A stretch of 64,000 nucleotides of DNA from a virus. The position numbers and the translations under genes are program-made. The stretch's first letter is position 1; each line of letters starts with the position of its first letter. Below the pieces are notes generated by a model, which was not told the DNA's origin, searched no databases, and saw only the letters and a program-made list of their open reading frames with translations. Of this stretch, positions 31,301 to 41,258 are shown in pieces. The DNA lies in IMG/VR virus record IMGVR_UViG_3300023179_006727, positions 1 through 64,000 of that record. One strand, 5' to 3'.

Positions 31301-34300
31301 GTTCATTAATTGATCTTATAATCCAATATATAGGTTTAGATACTTCACTTAAGTTAGTATTGGTCCACAATGTTGATAAAAACTGAATTGTTCCATTCTC
31401 TATACCAATTTGTGACCATATTCCATTATTATATACATAGTAAGCAGCATTGCCACTAGTAGTCACTGAGACTCTTGCTACTAACCCATTTCGCTTGATT
31501 ATAGTGTCTAATTCAGGAACACTTTGTACTTGTACTTGTGCTTTTGTTGCGTTTGAATATCCATCTATCCAATAATTTTCATATGTCCAAAAGTTATTAG
31601 TTTCCCAACCTATACCACTAGTATTTAAATATGTTAATATTCTGCTTTCCGTTATAGAAAAATTTAAAATTATTTGATTTACATATTCAATAAAGTTTTG
31701 TAAAGCTTTAGCTCTATCTCTAAACATGCTTTGACGATAATGTGTACTTGTTCCATAACGAACTAATGGTGGTAAATTAGGGTCAGGAACATCTTGATTT
31801 AAATTATCTTTTCCTGCAAAACTATTTAAATATTTAAGGTATAATCCAATAGGATTTTTTTGAGCAATTCTTTGTTGATTAGGTAGTCCATTTAAAAAGC
31901 TGAATGAATCATTATCATGAATTAAATTAAACTCAACATGTTTTTGATCGCCGCTATTATTTGTTGAATATCCAATATGCAATGCGCTTGAATTTGTTCT
32001 TATAAAATCATTTGAATTATATAAAGCTACACTATTTAAACCTAATGGTGCAAGATAAGAAATACCTGACCCAAGTGGGTTTAATAAGTATGAAGCTATG
32101 GTTGAAGTATTTAAAGTTTTCCCTATGTTTGTAAATACTATTGGGTTATTTTCGACCCAAAAATAATACAAAGTCACCAAACTGTTTGTATTATTATCTT
32201 GAACATTAACTGTAACGTAATCTTCAAAGTTTCTTGGAAATCCACCACTACTATAATTAATAGGATCAACGTTGCTTTCAATCCAAGTATATACTCGTGG
32301 AATACTTCCAACAAACGGTTCTGCCCAATATTTTGCATTATATACATTGTCAGGAGTTGATGGATCTCCATATACACTTTGATGACAATCAATCATACGC
32401 ATTTCAGTAGGATCAAACCAAATTCTACCAACTTTATCTTTGTTCCATGCAACAGTACTATTTCCATAACCTGCAGGATCACTTATTGTTATATAATCAA
32501 TATTGGATGCAACTGCTCCTAATAATTTTCCTTGAATTGGATCGATATAATCTAAATAATTTAAATTAATATTATTTTCTGTATCATAGATTGAAATATA
32601 TTCTAAATTATTAATATTAACTGCAGCAAAAGGTGCTCTAACTACATTCCATGTTTTTTTAGAATCAGAAGTAAATTGATTAATTCTTCCGACATCAGGT
32701 GTTCCCCAAAGTGGACTAGTAGTAGTTATTACAGTGTTAGTAAAGTTTAATCCACCACTTGAATATTTTGGTTGTAAACCATATACTAAAGGATCAACGG
32801 TTGAATCATTTGCGTATTCTGCAAAGATGAGTTTTCCAGGATTGGTGATAGATTCATTTTCTGCAGGTAAATAATCATATACACAGATTTCACCAAATAA
32901 TGAGAAAGCATCTACAAATGTAGTTGCACCCCAATCAAAAATAGTATCATTTGATGTATAATCATCAGTGTAATCAAAGGAAGTTAAAGCATGTTTAGAA
33001 GCGGTTGGAGCAGAAATTGCCACACTACAATTGGAATTCATTGCTACTAACCATCCAAATTGAGCAGTATCTGTAAGATATGGCTCAAATATAGTTTGTG
33101 TCAAAGTATAAGGAATCAATCCAAGATTTTGCAGTGTAGTTACTGAATTAGAGCTTAAATCAATTAAATTAAGTGGCGTATCAACTAAATCTTTGTTAAC
33201 TGCAATTGTTAGTACTGACCCGCTTGAACTTGCTAATGCTGTTCTTCCTGCCCCATTTAATCCCGCATTGATTTGAGTAACTATACCTTGTAAATTGGCA
33301 GCAGCAGAAATACTAATGGTATCATTATCAATATATAATGTACCACTAAATGGATAACTTGCAACAACAGTGCCACTTATTGTGCCATATCTTTGAGCAG
33401 AGCTTGTATAACGATATACTGCACCTTCAACATGTTTAGATGTACCTACTGATTGTAAGTTAAATGGCGCACCAACAATGAAATCACTTCCATACAAAAA
33501 TGTAGCAATGCTTTTACCAAATAAAGCACCTTGATGTGGGCTAGGATTTACAATTGTTTGTTGTAAATTTATAGCACTGCCTGTATAATCGTAGCAATAA
33601 ACACAACCTGCTTCTGTAATTGTACTAATAGTAGAATTCGGTGCTCCTATAAAAATTTTATTTCCTTGTGCACTACAAGCTAATCCTGTACCAAAATTAA
33701 TTACTGCACCAACACTACCGCTAGCAACAGGTGCACTTATTGTCAATGACAACCCCCAAGTACTTGTGTAAGTATATTGATAAACAGCATTGCTACTAGG
33801 GCTTCCAACATAGACAATAGTTCCTGTGGAATTTGTACTTATACTCGTACATGATGATGGTAGTACAATAGTTTGAATTGCAGTTGTAGATGGGTAAGCG
33901 TAAACTTTTAATGTTGCACCACTTAAAGTAAAAATATAATTATTAGTTGTTGCAATACTTGTAACACCTGAAGAACTAACTAGTATTAATTCTGTGCCTA
34001 ATATAGTAAAAACTTTTACAACACTTGAATACGCAACAACTGTTCCAATAGATGAATTATATGATATTGCTCCTGTTTCACCTGTACTTGCTGTAGTGCG
34101 GAGTGAATTTTCTGTATAAACAGGTACACTTTCCCATACCGCCCATTGCATATCTGCGGTTGGACCGTTATTATCTACCCAAATTCTTTTACTAATAAAT
34201 TCATTACCAATTATAGGGTAATTAACAATGTTACTTGGTTGTGTTAGACGATGGCTTAAAAATTTAAAAGTTATGCCTTCATTAACAATTGTTTTTATAA

Positions 34301-37300
34301 CAAGATCTAAATCTAAGTCAATAATTATAGAAAATAATGATATTACTGATTTTACTGCATGATAACCATCAATATTTGAATCAAAATTTACTACACTGAA
34401 ATTTTGATTTTTAACTAAGCCATGTGGGTTACTAAAGGTCAATGTACAAGTACGATTTAAGTTATTTTGTACTAATACTAATATACTACCAATACTAACA
34501 GGTGTAGTAACATCCCAAGTTGCTAAATGATTTGCTAACCATATGTAATCATTATAATACATTGTTTGAATATTATTAATATCTTCATTCAAATCACTAT
34601 AATTAAATGCTTTAAATTTTACATCATCATAATTAACATATCCTGCTGTTGGTATACCTGATTGAATTTTATAATTTTCAATCATTGGAGGTAAAAAATT
34701 AGCGTTTCTTGGTTTTCTTTCCCAATTAATTAATTCATTAATACTAATTTCTTGTTGTGCACCATTTACGCTTGTTACAGTGTCATCAGTAAAACCAATA
34801 ATAGTAGGATTAGCATTAAGTAAACTTTGATTGAGCAAACCTTCAACATAATTACTACTATTTACTGCACCAAATTCTCCACTTTGTATAGCCCAATTTT
34901 CATAAACATCATAATCAATTTGACCTTGCACAAATTCTGCTTGTTTAAATGAATTTATAATTGCATTAGTACCTTTTTCTTTAATAAAATTTTTATAAAT
35001 GTTTACTTGACTAATAATAGTTAAATCTGCAGCTTGAAGATACTGTCTTGGCCTAAATCCAATTAAACTATATGCTAATAAATCTGCGTCGCCATTGAGT
35101 GATGCAGTATTAACATTATAATAATAAAGTGCATCTTGTGCTTCTGCGCTAGGATTAGCTAATAATCCCTCACGAACTTGATCGTAATCTGATTTTAACC
35201 AAAGCTCTAAATTAAATTCAGCATTAGGTTCAATTATAGTTGGTGCGACCCAATATTCATTTTTATATTTAACTATTTGTCCTTTTGTATACTTTATGTT
35301 AGATTGCCATTCTTGTATATTATCTTGATTTAAAATAAATCCTTGAGCATCAATATAACCATTCCATTCAGCAGTTTTATATCCCTTCATTAAAATACGA
35401 TTTTGTCTAAGACCAATTGCAACATTATAAATTACATCATTAAAAACAGTGTAATTATCAAACACGATAGCATGTTCTATATTAGATAAATTACATTGAA
35501 ATAATGAAATAGTATCACCTTCATTTTTAACTTTTAAATTAAATAATTCACCATTTCTTTGAACTAATAAATCTTTTGGATTTATTTGTACCATGTTTTG
35601 ATCTAGTATAAAATTTTGTTGTTGAAATGTTAGTGGTTGAACAATTAGATTTTGTTTTTCAATAGTTAATTCTTGACTGTTTGGGTTTAAAAGAATTAAA
35701 CTACCGAGTTCCCATTTTTGTGCCTGCCAATATAAAAACTCAGCAATCATTTGTTTCCAATTATATTCAACACCTTGCCATACATTATTAAATGTTATTC
35801 CTTGATAAGAAAGATATGCCCCATATCTTACTAAAAATTCAGCTACTCCTTCTAAACTAAAAAACTCAGTTCCGTATGGAACTAATATTGTTTCTGTTGG
35901 ACTAAAAAAAGTACTTACTTCCACTTTGTAATTTTGATATGAAATTGATTGTTTTAAATTTGAATTAATAGGTCGGGAAACAGTAAAATAACTTTGTGTT
36001 AAACTATTACCCCATACTGTAAAACCATAATTAGTTTTTTGTACCACTACCGACGACCATAATATCTTATCTGATGGAACATTTTCATATAATAAAATAG
36101 AATAACTATCGTCAGGAATTAATAATCCTGTATTTTGACTTTGTGTGCTTGCTTTTTCTACTAAAAAACTTAGAAATTTTTTACTAGTAAATCCTGCCAT
36201 ACGATATACTAAACGAACATCAAGATTTTGTAATGAATTTGTTAATTGCGTGGTAGCATCAACACCACGTTGCAACATATAATCAACTATAAAGTTTATA
36301 TAACTATGTTTAGCAGTGCCTGAACCATATACTACAATGTCATTTGGATTTATATGTTGACGACCATTGTACAACCATTGTCCTAATTCATTATTATATT
36401 GATATAAATCACGATCTACGTTTAAATTAAAAAAATTGGTTGGTTTGGTTAATATTAGTAAACGCATTATATCAAAAGGATATGTGGAACTTAATTCATA
36501 ACTTTCCTCGGTAGGGGCACAATCGCCTGGGACCCAATCCTTTTTAAAATTTAATTCATCATAATAAAGAACAACTAAATTTAATGGACTAATCAGATTT
36601 CCATAAGAATCTACGGGTATAATATCTAATAATTGTGGTCTTGCATATTGTGATAAGTAATAGCTATCACCTCCATTATATACATATCCTTGAGCTAAAT
36701 CATTCCATAATACTGTATTATCACTTGTATAAGGTAAATTACCATAATAACCTATCCACCATGATGGCATGACTGAAAAACCTAACATTTCCCATGGTGC
36801 CACATGTGGTCTATCAGTATCATAGAGGTACTTGTAAATACCACGCCAATACCCTTGCTTTATAATACTATTATCTAAAGAAAAAGTGCTTTCTCTATAA
36901 TTATAAGTAAATGAGTTATTTGCTCTGTAAAAATTAGGACGATACTCTACACGATTTTTTCCAACCCAATTTAAAAAAGATGGTGTTTTTATTTTTTGAA
37001 TATCCTCTAAGGTACAGTCAGTTTGTCGAAAGAAGCCTGGGACGACATCGGTTAAAGTAATTGGAATATTTTGATTAACTTTTATATTATTCCATACACG
37101 CATTTCAAACTCAAATAAAGCAATATCACGTGGATCAGTTAAAAAACCATTGACATATTCACCATATAATTTATTATAACTTCCATCATGCCCTTGTATA
37201 AAATAAGTTGGATTTACGTATGTATTATCAAAAATAATTTGTGGAACAAAAACAGGATATAATCCTAATTTACTAGGTGTATTAGGACAAAAAGTACCCC

Positions 37301-40300
37301 ATGTTTTATTAAATTCTTGAATAGTAACAACATCATTAGGTAAAAAATCATAGGTTATTGTTACATTAGGTGCAGTATTGCTTGTAACCCAATTTATATC
37401 ACGGTATAATTGAATTTGTTTTGTTTCGCTATTAACAACTCTTGTAACATATATACCAAGACCATAATAATTTGCACTGGAATAATCATAAATTCTACTT
37501 AAATTATATATTGCTTGACTAGCAGTATTCTTAAATGTATAAGAATTAGTAATGTAAGGATCACCACTAAAAAACATATCACTCCAAAAAAATGAAGCAG
37601 TATCTGCTTTTGCTTGAACTAGTCGCTCAATAACTGTGTTTAAAATGTAAGACGGTGTATCTGATGGTAAAAAATCTAAGATTTCTGCAGTATCAATTAT
37701 TAATTGTTTATAATTTACATATTCAACTGCATTATAAGATAATGCATTAATTAAACTATATTGTGGGTTTCTTAAAAATAATGCAGGTAATAATAACGGT
37801 GCACTATGTTGAATAATTTTATCACCATAATTATCTAAATTTGGCAAATCACGACTATTATTATTACCAACAAAATTCCCAAGTACTATTCCACTATTTT
37901 CGCAAATACTAACCCAATGATTTCGTATTCCACCTAAATCAATTGTAGTTGCATTTATATTAAATGGATTATTTTCAAAATTTGCAGGAATATTATAATA
38001 AGCAACTTTACTTACTTCAGCACTTAATAATTGTACAACAATTGGTACATTAAGTTCAGTGTTTGGAATTACAATTGTAGTTTTAGCAGTAGTTGTTGTA
38101 TATGTAAATTCAGTTGACTGTAAAAATTTATTATTTAACCATACTTTAACAGGATTCCAACCTGTATCAGGTAATGTAGAAATATCACAAACTACAGTTG
38201 AAAAACCTAATTTAGTATTTAAGTTAGTAGTTTCAAACGTGAATGTTTGATATTGTACAGTATCTTGTACAGAATTAACCCATCCCGTTTTTTTCTGTGC
38301 AGTTAATAAGTCAGTAATATAATTTACATATCCAATATTAATATTTTCTGTTACTGTGGTCATATTATAATATGTAAATGTGTCTGTATTCATGTTACAA
38401 GTAAAATTAATATCACTTGTGTTTTCAATACTTGTATATTGAATAGGAAAACCTAATATCGGGTCGTCTTCGTTAGAGGGGCCTGGGGTGTAGCTAAACA
38501 ACTTAGTTCCCACAAATGTACTAGAAGGATAATAATCAGTATTACTTAAACTTATTCCATTACCATTAAAAATATTAAAAAGTGGAGGTTGATTAATTCC
38601 CATTTTAAACTGACTTAATTGCCATCCACCTGTATTATTATTCAGTTCTGAGTAATAAGCATAGGATCGACCACTATTATCATATAAAGATTCTCCTCTT
38701 GTAACTACAATTTGAGATTTATCAATGATGATGACGTTTTTATCTTCAACAAAACTAATAACTTGTAATTTATTCTCATTAATAGTCTCATATTTTACAA
38801 GATAAACTTTATTTCTTACTTTAGGATCAACATCATTACTAATAACTACCCTACATCCATCAAATACTATTTCACCATCTACAATGTAGTCACCAAAACT
38901 AGCTATTGCATTTCCTGCTCCCGCAGCACTAAATGTTTGTGTGCTTAATGGCTCAGGATCATTAATATTTGCTACGGTACTACATTTAAACGTGGTTGTT
39001 GATACACCAACATTAATATCATATATATAAAAAATTTTATCATCTATAGTTTGCCATTCTGCTGCCCATGTTTCAGGAATCCTTAAAATTACACATTGTC
39101 CTTCAACTAAAGAAACTGTAATACTATTGTCTAATGTTGCAATTAAATCACTATTGTTTACTGTAAAAACTGCTTCTGTTGTTAAAGTAATATTTTGTAT
39201 AGTAGGAATACATGGTATAATACCTTCTACGGTGCTAAACACATCATAAGAAGCAGTATCTAAAAAATCTACAAATCCTGCACTAATTATTCCATTGTTA
39301 AACAATCTTAAGTCACCATGGAATTCAATAATAGGACGCTTAGCTCTTGATTGTATATTTTGTAAATCTGCTAATGCTCGATCACTTTTAGTGTAATTAT
39401 ATGTTGTTTGTAAAACATCATAATGAAACCAACGATTACTTCTAGTCCATGCATTTTTATCTTTAGATAAACGACTAATTGTAATATAATCAGGTTGAAT
39501 AGGCTGATTTAAAATAACATCATAACCTGTTGAATCATAAGGTTCCATATCATATGGAACAAAAATAGGTTGAGTGTAAGGTTCGGGAGTTGCTAAATCA
39601 CTTACGGGTATTAATGTAATTGATGTGCCAACACCATCTACGTAATATTCATTATTTAAATAATTTGATGGTTCAACATTACCTTGAAATAATATTTTTA
39701 GTCCGTTTGTAAAAACTACCCCATTTGGAGATGTATAATTTTTTTGTCCAATAATATCATCAATATATATCGTAGAAGTACTGTTTCTTTCAAATAACTG
39801 CAATATACCAATACTGTTAGGATCATTACTATTTTGATAATATAGTCTATCCAATGCTGCGCTTAAATAGGGTATTAACTCGATTTGACCTCCTAAATTT
39901 CTAAAGAAATTTCTTGCTTGATATTGGTCACCAAGTAATACTGAAATTTTTTGTAATGTAGGTATATCTCCATCTTCTACTAACCTTATAACAATAGTTT
40001 GGTCATATCCTACTTCTATGTTAGTTAAACTTACGTTAGTGTCTAAATATGATTCGTCATACTTAGGAAATGGCATTGCATTGTAAGGCACTGTTCTTTT
40101 TGGTGGCGGTGGACTGCGATCATTATAAAAAGTTAAATTAGTTAATGTTGTTACAGTTATACTATTATTAAGATAAATCGTGGAATTTATAATGTTAGTA
40201 ACTAGAGTACCACTTGGCACACCTACACCCGACACCATCAACCCAGGATATATATCCGTCATATCAACCACTTCAATTTCATTAACATTCGTATAATTAC

Positions 40301-41258
40301 TAATTGGTTGTGTTACAACATTAATAATATTATTAGTATCGTAAGTAATTCTATAGTATTTTGCTTGATATGGTACCGATTCTGTGCCATAAAAAATAAT
40401 ACGTTTATTTTCTAAATCCTCTACTCCATCAAGTGCATTGCCAATTGCAGCTAAAGTTTTTCCATTAATTTGATCATATTCTAAAGTACAAATGATATCT
40501 ACCGTTAAATCCCCAGGCAAATCATACTCATTCTGTGCATCCTTTGATGGTACCGTAAAAATTACTTCACCTGTTGTTGCCCCATTATCAGTAACACCTA
40601 ATATTTCTCTTGTACTGATATTAGGATATAAAGGCTCTACCCCCTCTACCCCAGGCGTCCCTTGAATCCAAAATGGATTATTTTGTTCAAGTTTGAATTT
40701 GTATGTACCCCCACGTAACAATGGTATAATAGGGTTTTTTGTTTTAAATCCTGAAATTCTGTACCCATTATCATCATTTAAAATTGTATATGTTTTTTTG
40801 TTATATATAGTATCAGTAGAAACTAGTACCGAATCAGGTCCTAGAGGTAACCAATAATATTGTTGATAATTTATCAACATGTCATAATTAATAAATGGTT
40901 CCCAACTGTAACCTTGTTGTGTAAATAAAGAATTTTGATCGGAAATAGGTCCGTTTAGTTGTTGTAAAGCGTTTACGATACCTGGGTAGGTGATGAAGTC
41001 TTCAGCTTTTGATGTATCAGTTTTTAAAAAAACAACTGCAGGATCAAGTTGATAATCAGTTCTTTGTTTAGTTGGTTCAACTACGTATTTGTCATTTTTG
41101 TTAACACCATAACCAAATCGTGAACCAATATAGCCCTGAATAGGTACAATGTTTTGATTCTGTGATAATTGATCAAGCGTAGCTGCTAAAAATTGACGAT
41201 TTGTTTCCGTCCTAAATATTTCAGGCAAAAACTCAATTGTTCGTACTTTTGTAACCAT
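22338..41258 (-). CDS. Giant 6306-aa virion protein, probable baseplate wedge (gp7-like) with many inserted domains
   Basis: Directly follows the gp6-like gene; EVKPYH motif; GxGYxxxP repeats, FG-GAP-like and VAVGNNG propeller repeats; Trp-containing CBM-like segment (EWQSNIKYTKGQIVKY). Confidence 0.8.
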   Translation of the reverse strand: MVTKVRTIEFLPEIFRTETNRQFLAATLDQLSQNQNIVPIQGYIGSRFGYGVNKNDKYVVEPTKQRTDYQLDPAVVFLKTDTSKAEDFITYPGIVNALQQLNGPISDQNSLFTQQGYSWEPFINYDMLINYQQYYWLPLGPDSVLVSTDTIYNKKTYTILNDDNGYRISGFKTKNPIIPLLRGGTYKFKLEQNNPFWIQGTPGVEGVEPLYPNISTREILGVTDNGATTGEVIFTVPSKDAQNEYDLPGDLTVDIICTLEYDQINGKTLAAIGNALDGVEDLENKRIIFYGTESVPYQAKYYRITYDTNNIINVVTQPISNYTNVNEIEVVDMTDIYPGLMVSGVGVPSGTLVTNIINSTIYLNNSITVTTLTNLTFYNDRSPPPPKRTVPYNAMPFPKYDESYLDTNVSLTNIEVGYDQTIVIRLVEDGDIPTLQKISVLLGDQYQARNFFRNLGGQIELIPYLSAALDRLYYQNSNDPNSIGILQLFERNSTSTIYIDDIIGQKNYTSPNGVVFTNGLKILFQGNVEPSNYLNNEYYVDGVGTSITLIPVSDLATPEPYTQPIFVPYDMEPYDSTGYDVILNQPIQPDYITISRLSKDKNAWTRSNRWFHYDVLQTTYNYTKSDRALADLQNIQSRAKRPIIEFHGDLRLFNNGIISAGFVDFLDTASYDVFSTVEGIIPCIPTIQNITLTTEAVFTVNNSDLIATLDNSITVSLVEGQCVILRIPETWAAEWQTIDDKIFYIYDINVGVSTTTFKCSTVANINDPEPLSTQTFSAAGAGNAIASFGDYIVDGEIVFDGCRVVISNDVDPKVRNKVYLVKYETINENKLQVISFVEDKNVIIIDKSQIVVTRGESLYDNSGRSYAYYSELNNNTGGWQLSQFKMGINQPPLFNIFNGNGISLSNTDYYPSSTFVGTKLFSYTPGPSNEDDPILGFPIQYTSIENTSDINFTCNMNTDTFTYYNMTTVTENINIGYVNYITDLLTAQKKTGWVNSVQDTVQYQTFTFETTNLNTKLGFSTVVCDISTLPDTGWNPVKVWLNNKFLQSTEFTYTTTTAKTTIVIPNTELNVPIVVQLLSAEVSKVAYYNIPANFENNPFNINATTIDLGGIRNHWVSICENSGIVLGNFVGNNNSRDLPNLDNYGDKIIQHSAPLLLPALFLRNPQYSLINALSYNAVEYVNYKQLIIDTAEILDFLPSDTPSYILNTVIERLVQAKADTASFFWSDMFFSGDPYITNSYTFKNTASQAIYNLSRIYDYSSANYYGLGIYVTRVVNSETKQIQLYRDINWVTSNTAPNVTITYDFLPNDVVTIQEFNKTWGTFCPNTPSKLGLYPVFVPQIIFDNTYVNPTYFIQGHDGSYNKLYGEYVNGFLTDPRDIALFEFEMRVWNNIKVNQNIPITLTDVVPGFFRQTDCTLEDIQKIKTPSFLNWVGKNRVEYRPNFYRANNSFTYNYRESTFSLDNSIIKQGYWRGIYKYLYDTDRPHVAPWEMLGFSVMPSWWIGYYGNLPYTSDNTVLWNDLAQGYVYNGGDSYYLSQYARPQLLDIIPVDSYGNLISPLNLVVLYYDELNFKKDWVPGDCAPTEESYELSSTYPFDIMRLLILTKPTNFFNLNVDRDLYQYNNELGQWLYNGRQHINPNDIVVYGSGTAKHSYINFIVDYMLQRGVDATTQLTNSLQNLDVRLVYRMAGFTSKKFLSFLVEKASTQSQNTGLLIPDDSYSILLYENVPSDKILWSSVVVQKTNYGFTVWGNSLTQSYFTVSRPINSNLKQSISYQNYKVEVSTFFSPTETILVPYGTEFFSLEGVAEFLVRYGAYLSYQGITFNNVWQGVEYNWKQMIAEFLYWQAQKWELGSLILLNPNSQELTIEKQNLIVQPLTFQQQNFILDQNMVQINPKDLLVQRNGELFNLKVKNEGDTISLFQCNLSNIEHAIVFDNYTVFNDVIYNVAIGLRQNRILMKGYKTAEWNGYIDAQGFILNQDNIQEWQSNIKYTKGQIVKYKNEYWVAPTIIEPNAEFNLELWLKSDYDQVREGLLANPSAEAQDALYYYNVNTASLNGDADLLAYSLIGFRPRQYLQAADLTIISQVNIYKNFIKEKGTNAIINSFKQAEFVQGQIDYDVYENWAIQSGEFGAVNSSNYVEGLLNQSLLNANPTIIGFTDDTVTSVNGAQQEISINELINWERKPRNANFLPPMIENYKIQSGIPTAGYVNYDDVKFKAFNYSDLNEDINNIQTMYYNDYIWLANHLATWDVTTPVSIGSILVLVQNNLNRTCTLTFSNPHGLVKNQNFSVVNFDSNIDGYHAVKSVISLFSIIIDLDLDLVIKTIVNEGITFKFLSHRLTQPSNIVNYPIIGNEFISKRIWVDNNGPTADMQWAVWESVPVYTENSLRTTASTGETGAISYNSSIGTVVAYSSVVKVFTILGTELILVSSSGVTSIATTNNYIFTLSGATLKVYAYPSTTAIQTIVLPSSCTSISTNSTGTIVYVGSPSSNAVYQYTYTSTWGLSLTISAPVASGSVGAVINFGTGLACSAQGNKIFIGAPNSTISTITEAGCVYCYDYTGSAINLQQTIVNPSPHQGALFGKSIATFLYGSDFIVGAPFNLQSVGTSKHVEGAVYRYTSSAQRYGTISGTVVASYPFSGTLYIDNDTISISAAANLQGIVTQINAGLNGAGRTALASSSGSVLTIAVNKDLVDTPLNLIDLSSNSVTTLQNLGLIPYTLTQTIFEPYLTDTAQFGWLVAMNSNCSVAISAPTASKHALTSFDYTDDYTSNDTIFDWGATTFVDAFSLFGEICVYDYLPAENESITNPGKLIFAEYANDSTVDPLVYGLQPKYSSGGLNFTNTVITTTSPLWGTPDVGRINQFTSDSKKTWNVVRAPFAAVNINNLEYISIYDTENNINLNYLDYIDPIQGKLLGAVASNIDYITISDPAGYGNSTVAWNKDKVGRIWFDPTEMRMIDCHQSVYGDPSTPDNVYNAKYWAEPFVGSIPRVYTWIESNVDPINYSSGGFPRNFEDYVTVNVQDNNTNSLVTLYYFWVENNPIVFTNIGKTLNTSTIASYLLNPLGSGISYLAPLGLNSVALYNSNDFIRTNSSALHIGYSTNNSGDQKHVEFNLIHDNDSFSFLNGLPNQQRIAQKNPIGLYLKYLNSFAGKDNLNQDVPDPNLPPLVRYGTSTHYRQSMFRDRAKALQNFIEYVNQIILNFSITESRILTYLNTSGIGWETNNFWTYENYWIDGYSNATKAQVQVQSVPELDTIIKRNGLVARVSVTTSGNAAYYVYNNGIWSQIGIENGTIQFLSTLWTNTNLSEVSKPIYWIIRSINEQIFINDLQIERNRSLILMFKYIMSEAQQGGNYIPWLNKTSLIDVSHTIRQLIPYEKYQRDQQEFLDGYLTEVKPYHVVINDFSYRYEGGELYDGDISDFDVPATYKASINSFESPILIYDEYPVQDNEYTLTNPIWLTQPYRNWISNYGLQLDSFDVEELVVATVTIFVSLSATDIYISNTHGLPTTGYIQIGQEIITYDFVDYYRGRLAGLGRAAFGSTISTHDPGEPVICPMPPVTVVDTGRVYTNPPTIDLVIDTSIYPPPRREAIMKPVMANDRLLEVEVIDEGDGYVVQPEIIIEPAFSEIFPASAFVNVATNRVVLTTTTDLKTGDCIRYTVEDGSTPPVGLEIGSYYYVRVDAPSNSIFLFYNKASAVATRAEVNYNQNKVLMFGGAIGDGHVFNQTARAVIFTTSQPVREIRTTIKLDRTSYRSQISSWDGANNAYAGPYTDRTSMASSLFLASGENYGVISLDTITVPNVSALPTTITINTESTPTVFKSNQQIRVSALSVWEPAVYGNGFPITTYSVANSPFTQFAIIDNQGLNPGGGAASLRGSAISFASNGSPDFNLLGTPQWNGSYLIGTPAEYQNPISTVTANVRATVTTSNPNHYLANWQKVYLTDIPVTPISGNSINNTTFYANRLSNTAFYLYNESASLSGLTVTANYSSGVFVNLSGGNVANILQVHDRIQFGGDNNPTSFIILNRWASNNNIEINPPINPSTTGNVIQGQLVWKTSPVNTTGYTGGNAIVSGNIIPYISIVTLTNTYTSTNAIAANTTIYTSSAQSNPKYLIGTISNIVGEPANTFDITVTSVSPNNGSYTNWSVNYYITSATAGAKLGFDANTAITSNTETNGVQMYMDFANSFIAPGQANKQLINVYSFVNSNITANLIANAFIDSTIQIDDISGLYINMPISGSKIVANTVITDIVADPNVANAPAGTVYLNNFQTFTLGGNNEVVFSGGWYNDNQFYVKVINDGGNFNTIDLYYDPALTNPVPETTFVDIYGNNINAIQTIIPQPITIVPTQVSYAGNIYIATGSPAGVTTPPPLDTANWVVLESDSNLINGIDRIQVYYSPTIDMPGVDVRQLVSGVEYPNNIYFGGQLDEVLTPQFYYDTDLISPSFTSVDITVYDVSGGQFSDGYAPPELVAGVVSDNIDINVRSRPGSLWDYDSTVATQVFRVSSVDLYDNVNSNNIITRPPFGSAYYVPPDVTIDSPPTLPLIFGGIEVDATAVAVTNGKNARLGNVLVGPVGAINEGRVLAIYVQNAGFGYGAPPTIIIDQPRYANNDINTSGLQAQAVAQIRNGTITGVVVTQPGLGYDPAYPPKVVVVDEELIGIRITNGGEGYSDEIQPMVTITAPTIITTTVNGTIANSYSFNVANANGIVSGMTVTTTPSIDANTLVENVSNNTVFVNVRGDFTNGANITFSGVQAYANAVLGNVLVDHTGFNCVNFSPNLEQITFTKVMTSYVANNVATITIDNLDRVRIGQLINTTTANLISANTIVSNIYYNNNSIGLSANTLNAANANTVFSFSGTEFSFEGIVENPMDLILYEKMTDSPIYRNTTVTPDLGNSIANTLVFSGDLTQAFVVGDIVTQSDYNINPLGNANIGTVTNVVYSSLTTLTTVNLNPPLASVQNKPMWVFETYNQTRLVNPPTTAADANVYYVDWNDKIVTMNHQWINANPTYTIDAYVYEVGGGNELVRTNTKVNPVIANSTGALTDIYLDASYREVFSFARDPILSELPITSNTFNYINQVYATPLVYLYNAESGIYRKLNYYPPADSSYTTISITTSANSNQVNVLDGRGIEIGTTMLAYGLIEEPNVMDVVFSNLALNYNAVVTLDANVTVVYGTNLTFTDFSAVANTDYYITPINQANDPLGKVKIVLKQAVTEDDWLSYVILGNSGNYNAGTGKTNYGYSIPETQTVVLSTVGTTLATVSAIDVANSVITLNSTTDIYQGMYVSGGSISGSILVDNVLNSTDLKLSSVSGIAVTNVLTFAYPQPISQIIPLTNFIGDPVFTGDTNETNAVVEINGKRLLDELRRVYISNGSSSYVAPIPLSLTSAINDITTGTVTIASVVYTYYVAVGNNGTIIINIDDFDNPLDWVPQIAVTTENLTSIAVGNGVFVIVGNNGTVITMSIANIVNAHNLRVGWQLQSPPTAEDLYSIIYSASNSSFVAVGAARQILKTSNGVIWNSGLTQPNIPISYNTQETTHEYNFRQIIFNSISSTFVIIGDCNNLPNARAPLPSDTSYLGLTNQVNGVIALIDSALTTVTIVPFNSSFDNIGSMRSVDFDRATGYIIVVGQNNAVTYNGQPWAYGYDINYVGGTITSTFSITGIDTSLPSTTPFNKIAYNSDYKASGNPAFYAVGDFDQIAPFTSLIYEITGAATTWTGIRVSAYIEYSIYGELVLVTNETITVGQHGAIYLAYTNLAGNPTNATQVYGFNPASNVLGELVPSINGVVQQYLVDYTVTYDSNDIPYVTFITPPNVGDYIDIIYIDNTNVSDPYDIVYNHATGSASLTLNIPIQNTGDLITVTSFNRTAQQSLSTLGIVGAKVNSISSIIVSGTVATVTTVNAHSFVEGEIVIINRTNSVDYDQSNGFGSEFEVLSTPTNTTFTILVDSGSENVIGNGYAFNKDIFFLDQPDFIILDKSRLWITINGYRVDESNFIITHNQVQIFREIIVTDEIGILSMTPGASPNAQNFTIHLNKNSQPTVMRVPTTDCTFVSEYYPQDPPIDKIFVDRVINLFDIIERNDVVGALPTIMVEDPILVSNQVSKVEIIGTKYISNISNSSTGIVTTTNNHDLNDSDAVVLQNVGGMYEVNGLTYYAKTTGYLPNQFALYQDDNLTIPLNTSSYTAYSSGGTYLVENIATYVPDSYFSILVNKTYDLGTPVRILVYVGNTVVINGEYIKFKYFDTTLGNNSISGLSRGYGGTITNETIPRGSLVKSALPSNILWSGYYSSLWNDARNNPLQISETPPAEFLRRGYD

